A stretch of DNA of 64,000 bases from Geosiphon pyriformis uo1 (taxonomy: Eukaryota; Fungi; Glomeromycota), in NCBI GenBank assembly GCA_016748015.1, contig JAAOMT010000639.1, positions 1 through 64,000 on the forward strand, written 5' to 3'. The first letter of the stretch is position 1; each line of letters begins with the position of its first letter. The notes below the pieces were generated by a model. The model was not told where the DNA came from and ran no database searches. It was given only the letters and a program-made list of their open reading frames with translations. Position numbers and translations under genes: made by a program. Shown in pieces: positions 1 through 11,400 of the stretch.

Positions 1-318
1 ACCCTCATTGGGGCGGGTAGAGACCCTTCCAAGAGGTTCTGTACCACTTGCCAAGGACTCTGCATCATATGTAATTTTCCAGCTAATTTCCCACTAACTC
101 AAAAGCAAAGTAGATGACAATCACTGCAGAAGAGAGGATGAAATCATCGCTCTCGGCACTTGGTTGCCGGTAGAGACCGTCAAAGAAGAGTCCACAGTTT
201 CCACAAAGTGGATGATACAAAAAAGGAGGTTGGCATAACCACCGCTCCCTACCCTCATTGGGGCGGGTAGAGACCCTTCCAAGAGGTTTCGTACCACTTG
301 CCAAGGACTCCGCATCAT
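1..318. repeat. Direct repeat, 250-bp offset (1-68 = 251-318)
   Basis: accctcattggggcgggtagagacccttccaagagg...gcatcat occurs at 1 and 251 with ~3 mismatches; the first copy is cut by the window edge. Confidence 0.9.
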
Positions 319-654
319 TCGTTAATGATAAAAATACATTCGCCTTATCTTTTGAAATGTCCCATTGTGGATTCTCTTTGGCTTTGGTAGAGAAGCGGCC
401 TCGCCAGGCACCATTAAGACCCGTCCAGTCGGCTGCAAAGGGAGGCAACACGAGAATCTCAGAACGATTGCTTTTTAAAAACTCAAGGTATGACCAATTT
501 TTGGGTGGTGTTTTCGTAAAATAATTGATAATAACTGTCAAAGACACGAATAAAATTTGGTATAAGCGGGTTACTGGGTTAATCTCTCTTTTAAAGAAGG
601 CTTTCTTTGACACTTACTAGCTTCACCAGGAAAGGGGTTGTCGGTTTCGTTCAT
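83..654 (-). CDS. Hypothetical spliced gene (MNETDNPFPGEA/IIINYFTKTPPKNWSYLEFLK...), 3' structure uncertain
   Basis: ATG at 654; exon 654-618; GTAAGT donor at 617; ...TTTGACAG acceptor ending 535; the splice joins in phase with ORF 83..613. Further introns or disruption by the local duplication are possible. Confidence 0.5.
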
Positions 655-944
655 TGTGGAAGACAGACAAGATGGTTTACGTATCGTATTAGGATCACGT
701 ACGCGTCATCCCAAATACAGTCAGGGAGATTTTAAATTTCGTAGATCAATTCTGGAATAATCCACAAAAAATTCTTGTAATCTAATTGGTGTTCAGCATT
801 ATTAGCATAGAGAATTTGATAATATTTTATTGTAGAAACATACTTTTATAAACACAAAGTTTCAGAATCCATAAGGATCCACACAACTTTACATAGTAGT
901 TTTTTATTAAATTGGATTTAAAATTACGTCTTGCTTTATAATAA

Positions 945-1991
945 ATGCCAAAGACTTACCCTGTTTATTTGAATCTCTTACCAGTGAATATGACGAAAGT
1001 CAATTAGTAAAATGTGAGACCAAAGAAAGTCAAAGATGGCGACATGTATTAACTAATATTGCAGCAGAAAGAATAACGGAAATAACTAAGTATCTTCCTA
1101 GATTAACTATATTACTTGACTCTCTAAACAATTACTCTTTATGTGAAAGACATTATAATCAGATTGTTGTTAAAAAGTCTTTTATTAAACGAATTACTAA
1201 ATCAAATGATTCAACTTTTTTAGATTTAGAAAAACAGAAAGAAAAAGACCAAGACTTTCTAATGATAACAAGTTGTTAGAATTAGAAAAAACTTTTTCTG
1301 ATTTTGGAGTCCAAGTATTCTTGCCATATCCAATATATGAAGTTTATATAAAACGGATACAGGAGCTAGAAGATATCAATCAGCAATTATTATCTGAGAA
1401 TGCGACATTAAAGAAGCAATTAGATGAAGCATTTAATAATCAACAAGGTCGTATTAAATCCATAACAGAAATCGCCAAAAGGGAACGAGGTAATTTGTAT
1501 AATGATATAATAAGTTTGAAAAAAAATCATGAACATTTTAGTCTAGATAGTCTTTTAGAGTATTGTCCTTTAACATGGCTTGCAAAACGAAATCCAGTCA
1601 TTGTAAGATTTATTGAAACTCTTACTCATAATGATGAAGTGTGTTGTAGCAGTTGATGCTATATACGGATCAAGGCACTTAAAATGTTTCTGCTATTAAT
1701 TTAGCCACTTCAGCAATCAAATATTCAGTAGCAAGATCGAAAATGGTCATTGATATTGATAATCATATTATAAATTCCGGTTGCTATAAAAAGTTTACTA
1801 ACTGGTTAGAAAGTTTGGCTATAGAACAGTCAAAGCTTCCCAAAGGATTTTTATTTTTAGCCTTTGACAATAAACAAAAAGGTCAAAAAAATTACTTAGT
1901 TGGTGTGAAAACGTATTTATTGGGTATATATCGGAATCCTCATGCTCTGAGTTTTATTACTGGTCACATTTCTCTTCCTAAGGAAAGATAA
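945..1991 (+). pseudogene. Frameshifted remnant: THAP-like C2CH N-terminus, coiled coil, transposase-like FxAFDN segment
   Basis: Joined frames read PCLF..VKCETKESQRWR..LCERHYNQ, then ORF 1273..1656 (coiled coil), then ORF 1743..1991 (FLFLAFDNKQKGQKNYL); several frameshifts and a truncated end. Family assignment is inference. Confidence 0.4.
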
Positions 1992-2538
1992 ATTCGAACT
2001 CCGTTCCCAGTTGATTTGCTTGAGCAATGTCCTATTAACAAACTTGTTCCCGGAGGATCTCATTGGGCCATTATTCTCGCTTGTAGGTCTGTTAATTCTT
2101 TCTCCCAATACGGAGAAAAAGTAATCTCGTTAGCCAAAGTTTGATCCAGAGTAATTTCATTGATACCTGCAGCAACAGCCTCCAAAGCACTACCAGCCTC
2201 TGAAGCACCACTAGTCTCCAAAGCACCAAGAGCAGCAGTACTGTACCATATGTCAACTATTATTAAAACTCTTATAATACCTGCAAACAACAAGCCAGAT
2301 ATAATAGTTCCGTTATTGTCTTCTGATGGTGGTGGCGACTTATAAAGAAGAGTAATTGAATGTTGTAATATTTCAGAAATTTTAATTTTTTGATCATCAC
2401 AAGTATTGACAAGTAATTATTTATCATTCAAATTAAACAACGTTTAAATGAAAAAAATATTCTAGAAAACCACCTATATTTAAAATAAATTCTAAACGTC
2501 ACTTGAATTCAAAAAATTCTCTTTCTCTGAAGTGTGAA

Positions 2539-5500
2539 ATGCTATTTTCAACACTCAAATTTCCCGGTACTCCCTTCAATGACAACAGTTCTCAAAGCGT
2601 TCAACAACACTCAACCATCCATTACCCAACCTTTATTGCTCAAGCTCAACTTCAGCTCAACACACTGCAGAGTCAGGATGTTGGTAAGTAATTTGAGGAA
2701 AAAAAGTAAACGAATTTTCACAACTTTATTTTGAAAACTTTTGGTTTTTCAACCAAACTTTCTTGCCAAAAAATATTTCATTCTAAAATTTCTTCGTTAC
2801 TAGAGCTCCAAATTGATGACTTAAGACGCCGACTCGAAACCTCTCCCGGCAACCCGTATGTCTATCAGGCTATTTTCTCCCTCTCTGGCAATTACCCTAC
2901 AAACCTCGAGGTGAAGTTTCTTCTTGTCAAAGTTTTGGAGGCTCATGGTAAGTACGACAAAGCCCATCAAATTCTTCAGGATATTCTTCAACTTGATCCA
3001 CGAAATATCCAAGCAAGAAGCGAGCTTGGTTATATCTACACACTCGGAAACGCCCCCGAACTCGCCAAGCAAATATATAAGGAGATCCTACAATTGGACC
3101 CCGCCAATTGGGAAGCTCTCGGTAAATTTGAGGCTGTTATCAATATGCACGGTGATGAAAAACAGCTTCTTGAAATTTACAATCTCGTACAAATAAAACT
3201 TTGGAGCAATCCTTCCTTGGTTAAACCTTACGAGACCCCAATGTTTTTCAACCTCCACAAAGCTACTGCTGATCTATTAAGGCTCGCCAATGATATTAGC
3301 GGATGTGTCGAGAATTATGGAAAGGCTCTCCAAATTGCATTTAATGAAACTTTAGGGGCTGTGTTAGTTCAAACCTTCAATCATACCTATTCTGGACCAC
3401 CCTTATCACCAGTAATGATCTTTCCTCAAGACATTGTCAACATCAAATCCCTCCTTTTTCCTCAGAGCAATGGCAATTTGCCCGGAGCTGAAGGGCTTCT
3501 TTCGGATCAACATAAGCAGGATTTTGTTGTAGCGACAACTGAGGTGACTCTTCAATTAGTAGAGCTGATAGATGAACACCCATTTATTATAGCCAATGCT
3601 ACCTGTGTCGACATGGAAGATTTACCTCATCTTTCCCTTCTAATCCTTTACATGGGGATCGCTCTTCGCCCATCCCCTCGTGGATATCGAAGACTTGCAG
3701 AAATATTGGCAACTATCACCGAGTCTCATATTCTCATCAATTCTCAAGGTCAGCTACGGCATTGCGATGGCCCAACCCTTGCAATTGAGTATTTGAGATT
3801 AGCAGTTGGCAGTGACCATAAAGACATAGAAGCCCGAGAACAACTTGCGAAACTGCTTGTTGTTCAAGGACAATATAACGAAGCTCTTTTTCACTATAAG
3901 AATCTTCATCAAAACTCTCATTTAAGCCCAGATGCTGTGAAAAGTCTTATTTATTGCAATCGGGCTCTGGGATGGCAGGCAAAAAATCGAGGGGATTTTC
4001 CAAAAGCGCTGTTCCATTGCCAACGTGCTTTAAGCTTCCGATCTGATGATTTGGAAGCTCTTTGCTCTCTTTGGAACGCGTCTATCCATTTTGGTCATTG
4101 GAAAAATCGAGGTAACCTCGTTGTTGATGGTGTAAATGGGATGCTTGTTGACAACCAAGGAGTTAGATTCACGCCGAAACAGCCCAGTGGTCTTATGGCT
4201 CTCATTGACACTGGACTCAAATCCCATCTTGATATCGCTGCTCATTTTGGCGATGATGTTATAAATCAATTAGGCGGAATCTATCCTTTTTTAACCGAAA
4301 TGACTCGTGGCCTCGATTCTAGCGATCCCCTCATCGACTTTCTTCAGGATATTTTAGTGGACGCATGGACTCCCACTTCAAGACCGTGGATCAATGAGGG
4401 CAGTTGGATTATTCGACTTTCCCAACGCATTAGTAAAAGTGTTCAACGGCGCTGGTATATAGAGACATATGGTGCCACTATCTCTAGTAATTCTCTCACA
4501 CGCTCACCGATCACAGATCAGATAAAATCAGTGTATTTTCGGCCCAAACTGCCAAAAATGTTACCAGAACCTCCAAAGCCTGCGATCGACCCCTTTTCTG
4601 CTTTTACTTATCAACTTTCCCCACGACAATTAAGAATTATTTCCCATTATGCCGCCCTTGGAGTTGCATACAACTCAATGAATCTAGACTTTTTGCCTGA
4701 ACATGTAATTCCGCCTCCGCTCCCTCCAGTTCAAGGCAGGTTAAAAGTTGGATACATAAGTTCCGACTTTAGAAATCATGCTTTAGGCACTTTAATGAGA
4801 TCTGTATTTGGCTTTCATAGCCGTCACAAATTTGAGGTATTCGGGTATTCCTTGTGGAGTGACGAAGGTCCAGAGCATCCTATTCGCACAACAATTAAAA
4901 ATGGCTGTGACCATTTCTATGACGCCTATGAAGATTTGCGGAGTGGTAGGTTGTCAGACCGCAAAATTGCAATCCGGAAGCTAATCCAGCGCATTTATGA
5001 AGATGGGATTCACATACTAGTCAATCTCAATGGGTATACAGCTCATGATCTTAATGAAGTGTTTGCAGTTCGTGTTGCACCAATTCAGATCGCACACAGT
5101 TTTGGTAAGGATGTTTTTCTAATTTTCCCAGATTATTCTAATTGTAAACTCTTGATTTTCGCAAATGTTTCTTGCCTCCAAAACTCTTAGCGGGGCCATC
5201 TGGTGCCGGTTGGATCGATTACATGATTGCTGACAAAGCTGCGATCCCCGAAACTGTGGTGTCGAGGTCCGCCTCTAGGGTAGCTCCGGCACCCGGAGAC
5301 ATAATTGATGACCTTGATCCTGAGTCTGATGATGACACCTGGTCATTCAACGAGAAGATGATCTATATGCCGGATTCATATTTCGTAAATGACCATCGGC
5401 AAATAATGGCTGATACCCCTTTTGGTATCCTCTCTGAATCGAATACCTCATGTTCCCCCTCTTTGTCGAATTCGATTAAAACTGATAATGACCTCTGGCG

Positions 5501-6688
5501 GGAAGCGTGTAAGTCTCGTTTAAAAAAACGCAAAGAATTGTTCCCCAAATTGCCCGAGAAAGCCAAGATATTTGCTTGTTTCAATCAGCTCTACAAGGTT
5601 TGTATTTTTGATTATTTATTTTCAGTATTAATTTGAAACTTTTTACTTATAAATATATATTTTTCATTTAATTTCGAAAAAAACACTTTGACATCTTCGA
5701 TCCTTTAATTTGCTTTATATTTTTAATTTCCAAACTATCGTGTATTGATTATATTGCTCATCCTCCTTAAAAAAATTTTGTTTCCATCCTAATATATACT
5801 ATTTTCTGGATATCATTCAACTCTTCACATCGATTTTCTCTCTTAATTATTAAACTCAAACATAAATTAATCAAAATCCAATGCTTTTCTTCAAAATTTG
5901 CTCACGTCCGAAAACTTTTGAATCAATTAACCTAATTAATGATACTTTTATGTTTTCCTTGCATCTTTTATCAAATCCATATATCAAACCCATTGATTCT
6001 TTTATTTTCTTAAACCCGAAATTTCATTATCTAGGTTGATCCGGTTGTTTTTAACTCGTGGTGCAATATATTGCGCAAAGTTGAAGACTCTTTTTTATGG
6101 TTATTAAAATTCTCCGATGGTGGTGATGCAATCGGCAATCTGATGCGTCAAGCAGCGCAATGGTTTGGCGAGGAAATCCCCAAAAGGATTCTGGTCACGG
6201 ATACTGTACTCTTCACAGAGCACATTTCTCGATGTCAAGTCCCGGATCTATTTTTAGATACACCGATGGTAAATGCTCACACGACTGCTTGTGACGTTCT
6301 CTGGCCAGGAACCCCAGTATTAACCCTGGGTGGGCCCAGTCATAGGATGCCACCACGTGTGGGCATAAGCCTTCTCCGTGCTGCCTTTACTGGAACAAGT
6401 CGACCATATGAATGGAAAAATTTCATTGCTACTGACATTGAGGACTATGAAAATAAAGCAGTTAACCTTCTCAATAATTTATATTGGAGGCCTGTCACTA
6501 CCCCCACTGGTGACAAGTGGTTGGAGATGTTTGGTGACTTGATGGTTGCTAGGCGCGTGTTGTTTTTGGGGCGTGAAAAAAGCCCACTCTTTGATACTCA
6601 AAAATGGGTGCGGAATTTGGAGAGGGGTTTTGAAATAGCATGGCAGCGATGGGTAAATGGAACTGAAGGCGACAATATTGTTCTCTAG
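2539..6688 (+). CDS. OGT: O-GlcNAc transferase-like protein (TPR repeats + GT41 catalytic domain), 4 exons: 2539-2683, 2804-5104, 5191-5597, 6035-6688; ~1168 aa
   Basis: GT41 motifs GRLKVGYISSDFRNH, DGIHILVNLNGYT, F/AGPSGAGWIDYMIAD, PDSYFVNDH, FNQLYK/VDP, DLFLDTPMVNAHTTACDVLW, SPLFDT; TPR-like helices N-terminal. All three introns are GT..AG and join in phase (3507 nt total). Confidence 0.92.
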
Positions 6689-8027
6689 GTTTTCAATTCG
6701 TTCACGGACATATAGATTTTTAAAATTTTGGGGCTTTTTTAATATCAAGATATACTCGACTATCACTTTCCTCCTGCATCTAAAAAGACTTACCTACTCT
6801 CCTATTGATGAAGGCTTCAAGATCCGGAGTTAAAATCCACGGTGAGCAGGAATTTTTTGTTTTTTTATCAAAAGTTCCCAGAAAATTTTATGGTTTTCTC
6901 GGGTTTTGGTGGCTTTGCCAACTGAAGAGTCCCTTAAGCAAGGATGAAACCCAAAAATGGAATAATATGAGATCTGAGAAAGGATATAGTTTCAAAGGTG
7001 ATCGTAAAAAGAATTCATGTTTTGTTCCAGAATACAATTATTTATCATCCCTTTTGAGTTACAACTAGCGCAGCGAAAAGTGGTTTCATCTTTTGAATAA
7101 TATCAATTAAATGGATTGTAATCAATGACATGGTTATTGAGCTCGAACAACTCCATATTCGGATAATAGATAATATTTTGTTTCCCGAACTAAATCATTG
7201 AATGTGCCCATTCATCATTAACTATGTGTTGATTCAAAGGGACTTTACATCAAATAAATCCGCATGATAAAAATGTTAAATTTATGTGAAAAGAAATATT
7301 TAACGATAAAATACCCAAATTTCATTTTTTGGTATGTAATTCTTTGGCCACGTGAATAAAAGTTTTTTGAAACCATTAGTAAAAATATTTAGCTTTAAAA
7401 ATTTTCTTTATTAGAACAAAAACTTAAAAGTAGAATAAAATTATCTTGACTTTTTTGAAATTTATATATTATATAAATAAATAAATATTAATTGGTTTTG
7501 TGTTATATGTTCAAACTACTGACCAATTAACTGTTACTTGTCATTTGATTTTTAAAAACTAATGTTAAAACTGATAATAAGCTTGTTTTTTTAGTTTTTT
7601 CGTAAAAAAAAAGGTTTTTTTTAATGTTAAATCATATGTATTTTATTAATGTATATTAATTTAAACAATAATTAAAAACCTTGTAAATTTTATTCAAATT
7701 GTAATTTATAATAAAAAAAAGGATTTTCATAAATTATTAAAAGCTGTTAATGTTTTTAAAATTAAAAAATTTGTTAATAGGATAATAGTAAATATTAATA
7801 TTTTAGTGTAATATAATATAATATAAATTTTGATAATTATTATATATAAAAAACACATAAGTTTTTTTATTATAATAAATATATATATATAGTAAATTAA
7901 ATTAATAATTAAATTGTGCTTTGTTAAAGCATATAAAAAAATTTAAAAACAATATAAATTTTTTAACTCTTTATTTATATATTAATAAGTTTTTAATTTA
8001 TATTAATTTTTTAAAATATTTATTGTA

Positions 8028-8823
8028 TAGTGTGTACAACTTAGTTCCAACTACTAAACTTGATAAAATTCAAATCACTACTTCTTGTTCAAAAAAAAAG
8101 ATAATCATAGAATAATAAAACTATTTAAATTAAACAATATTATGTTTTCAAATTTTCTGTAAAATAATTTTTAATAAAACTATAGTGATTTAAAGTTGAA
8201 CAATTTTACTATTAAACTAATAATTTGGCCATCTATATGTGATCAACATATATGTTCATTGCTAATTGGCTAATTTAAGAATAGTATATTAATTAAACTT
8301 CCTCTAATCATAATACTAGCTTTCAATGTGATACTAAATTAACTAATTTATTAAATATTAACTAATTTATTAAATATCAACTAATTGTAATACTGAATCA
8401 GGAACTCAGCAATATGAATGGTATTTTTTAACTATAAATTCTGTTATTTAATTTGTCAAGTCTTTTTGATATACATCCATATAGCCAAATGCTTTTTTTT
8501 CATATCAATTATAATTATTAATATGTAATTGTTCTTTTTTTTGTACACAAAATAATGGTTTTTATTCATTTTGTGGTATTTAATATCTGATTGTCTTAGT
8601 TCTATCACTGGTATCTTTATATATATATTACATGTGCAATTAAAAAGAAAATTAAATATTTTTAAACATTCTCTAATCAGTCGATTCTTCTTAATCTAAT
8701 ATGGTATGTTACCTAAATATGTAATCCAAGAACTTGAATTTACACCAATAAAATTACAACATTGCTGTGTTTCATGATAGCAGATTGACATCTCAAATTT
8801 GGCCACTTAAGTTGTACACACTG
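8028..8823. mobile_element. Non-autonomous Tc1/mariner-type MITE
   Basis: Left end TA|TAGTGTGTACAACTTA-GTTCCAA; right end reverse complement TA|CAGTGTGTACAACTTAAGTGGCCAA; TA on both flanks; no transposase ORF inside. Confidence 0.75.
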
Positions 8824-9616
8824 TATAACAAACTTTAAAATTTAAAGTTCAATTATTAAGTAAATAAATAGTTTTTTAGCAAACAAAAATTATTATAAAA
8901 AGTATTTTTAAAAAAAGTTGTGTTAAATTGTTTATTAAATAATAATATAATTATGCTGTTTTTTAATAAAATTAAATTAATTAACAATATTATAAAAGAT
9001 TAAATATGCAAAAAAAATGTTTATAAAATTATGTTATCTATATAAAAATTATTAAATTATGTAATTTTAAATGTTTTTAATAATATTATAAATAAAATTT
9101 AATAAAAAGTTTTTTAAAATTGTCACAAATAATTTAATAGAAAAATAACCAATTATTAATTTTTAATAAGTTTTAAAAACATTATAATCTTATAATTCTT
9201 AATTTGTTACTAAAACTATTAAATTTTTGTTGTATATTAAAAAAGTTCTAAATTTTTTAAAAAAAACTTAAATATTTATGATTTTTAAATTTTATAAATA
9301 AAAAAACGTTTTAACAAATATTAAACTTATTGTTTTAATTAAAACTAATAAAAAATTTTGTTCAAAATTTTGTTAAATTATATTTTAATAACTTATAAAA
9401 AAGAAAATATTTTAAATACTAATACCAAATTTTTAGTAATAATAAAATATATATAATTCTAACTTCTTTCTTTTGTTCATTCCAAATTTCCAAAAAAGAG
9501 CCCATAATTTTCTGAAAGAAGTTTTTTTTACTATTCAGCACAATATTTTCAAACCGTTTTTGTTTAATTACAAGGCCACTGTTGGTCCTAGTATTGCCAT
9601 TCTGAACAAGTCTATT

Positions 9617-11400
9617 ATGGAGCCTGGTTTTAATATTGGTGTCAAGTTTATTGAGTCTAGAAAAAAGAGGAGGAGTGGTGCTTTGGAGGATAATATAAGT
9701 AATAGGAAATTTGCTACTGCTAAGGCATCAAGTGGTCATTTATGGGGTTTTAAGACAGGCAATACTACTGAATCAGATAGTGTAGACATGGAAGAAGAAT
9801 CTTTGGTTAAGAAAACCAGCTTTGATTATGGAAAAGATGGCATTATTGCTGGTAAAGACTTAGAACAAACTTTTAAGAGTTCAAAAATTCAGACTAAAAG
9901 AGCACTGAATAAACTACTGAGGAAAATTGACCTCTTAGACAATGATGGTAATAACATTTTCTCGGACAAACCTGTGGTTCTCCCTCCCCCTTTGAAAAAC
10001 TTGATCAATATTTCTGTTAGAAGATCTTTTGCTCTGGACATCAGTTTGGACAATGTTGTTGGAAAATCTGCTCAGGAAAAGCTTATGATAATCAGAAAGT
10101 TATTTTCAAAAATCAATAGTTTTGGGAGGTCTCTACCTTCTCAAAGTTTGCTGGGATTATTAGAGTAACATTCACTTCCAAATTAAGTTTGGCACAGGCT
10201 TCTAAAAAAGCTAAGAAAGCGAAGATCTTGGTGAATGTTGATCTTAAAAAATCATCTGGGCACTCAAATCAGACTGTAATAGTGAAGGAAATTCCTATTG
10301 GAACTTCGGCTAAGACTGTGCATACTGTGCTATCTGAATTTGGTACAGTAGTATTGATCAAAATACAATTGGTGGGATTGTGGCAAAAAGCTGTAGTCAA
10401 ATTTGGTAAGATTGAGCAGGCTGATTTGGTCACAGCTTATTGGTCTATCTTAATTGAGAAGAATACTGTGCATGTAGCCAAGACTAATCAAAATAAAGAA
10501 TTATGAGATACAAAAAATCATTATAGGACACTGCTTTATACTCTGCCAATAGAAACAAATACTTATAATGTCTGAGACTTTATTGGTTCTGTAGATGGAA
10601 AGACATGTGTAATCAATTGTCATCTAGTTACATATTTTCATGTCAGATGTGCTGTTGTTTGTTTTGAAACAGCCAAATCCTTGAATGCCATCATAGAAAC
10701 TACTCCAGTCTTGAGAAATGTGAATCTGTATTGGTTTCATTTGGGTTTTTCTAAATATGCTAAATGTGAAAAAGTAAGTCATATATTATTAAGCTGTTCT
10801 GTGGGTGGGAATCTTTTCTTTGGGAGATCTTCTTATAAGATACTCTCAGACTTGGATAAAAGCAGACTGGCTACCATTTATGTTAAACATTTGGCTTCTG
10901 TGGCATATTCTGTCACTTTTGGTGGAATGTCTTGGGCAAAAATTGCTGGTGAATCTTCGTTTCTTCCTCTCTCTGTACATAGTAATTTGGTCAATTCTGG
11001 CTCCTCTTCGGAGATGAAGCCTACTCTGCCTGTTATGGTTGATATTGAAAAAAAGTTTGCTATTTTTGAAAGCAGTCTTACCAGTCTCGCAGGGCAAATT
11101 AGTGAGTTGGCTAAGAGATTAGATTCACTCATGTCAGCAGTTCTCCAGCCTAGCTCTGGATGTCAGCTGTTGATGACCCCTCCATCACAGAATCTAGTGG
11201 GTAATATAGTGATGGAAGAAAGGTTAGGTGGAACCACTGGTGGTGAGACTGCTGCAAAATTAGTTTCTTCTGTCTCTCCTAAAGTAAAAAGACTAGAAAC
11301 TATGCTGGAAGGACTTTCTGCTTCAGTTTTGAGTCTAACAGCAAGATTTAATGGCTCAATTTTGGCTGGTAGTGCATTTCCCAATCCTTCTTCTCAATAA
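9617..11400 (+). pseudogene. LINE-A ORF1 (RRM-like segments, degenerate zinc knuckle, coiled coil)
   Basis: ORFs 9473, 10189 and 10681 are consecutive fragments; VIVKEIPIGTS..LSEFGTV; YAKCEKVSHILLSC; homologous to LINE-B ORF1. Confidence 0.75.

Noticed and set aside
2060-2345. Small membrane-protein gene on minus strand
   Set aside because: Coding-like composition but no clear start, an internal stop and no recognisable family.
2731-2803. OGT start at 2731 (TTG) and three separate genes
   Set aside because: This stretch is inside intron 1; splice sites join all pieces into one CDS from 2539.
6805-7068. ORF downstream of OGT
   Set aside because: Short, no motif; likely 3' flank.
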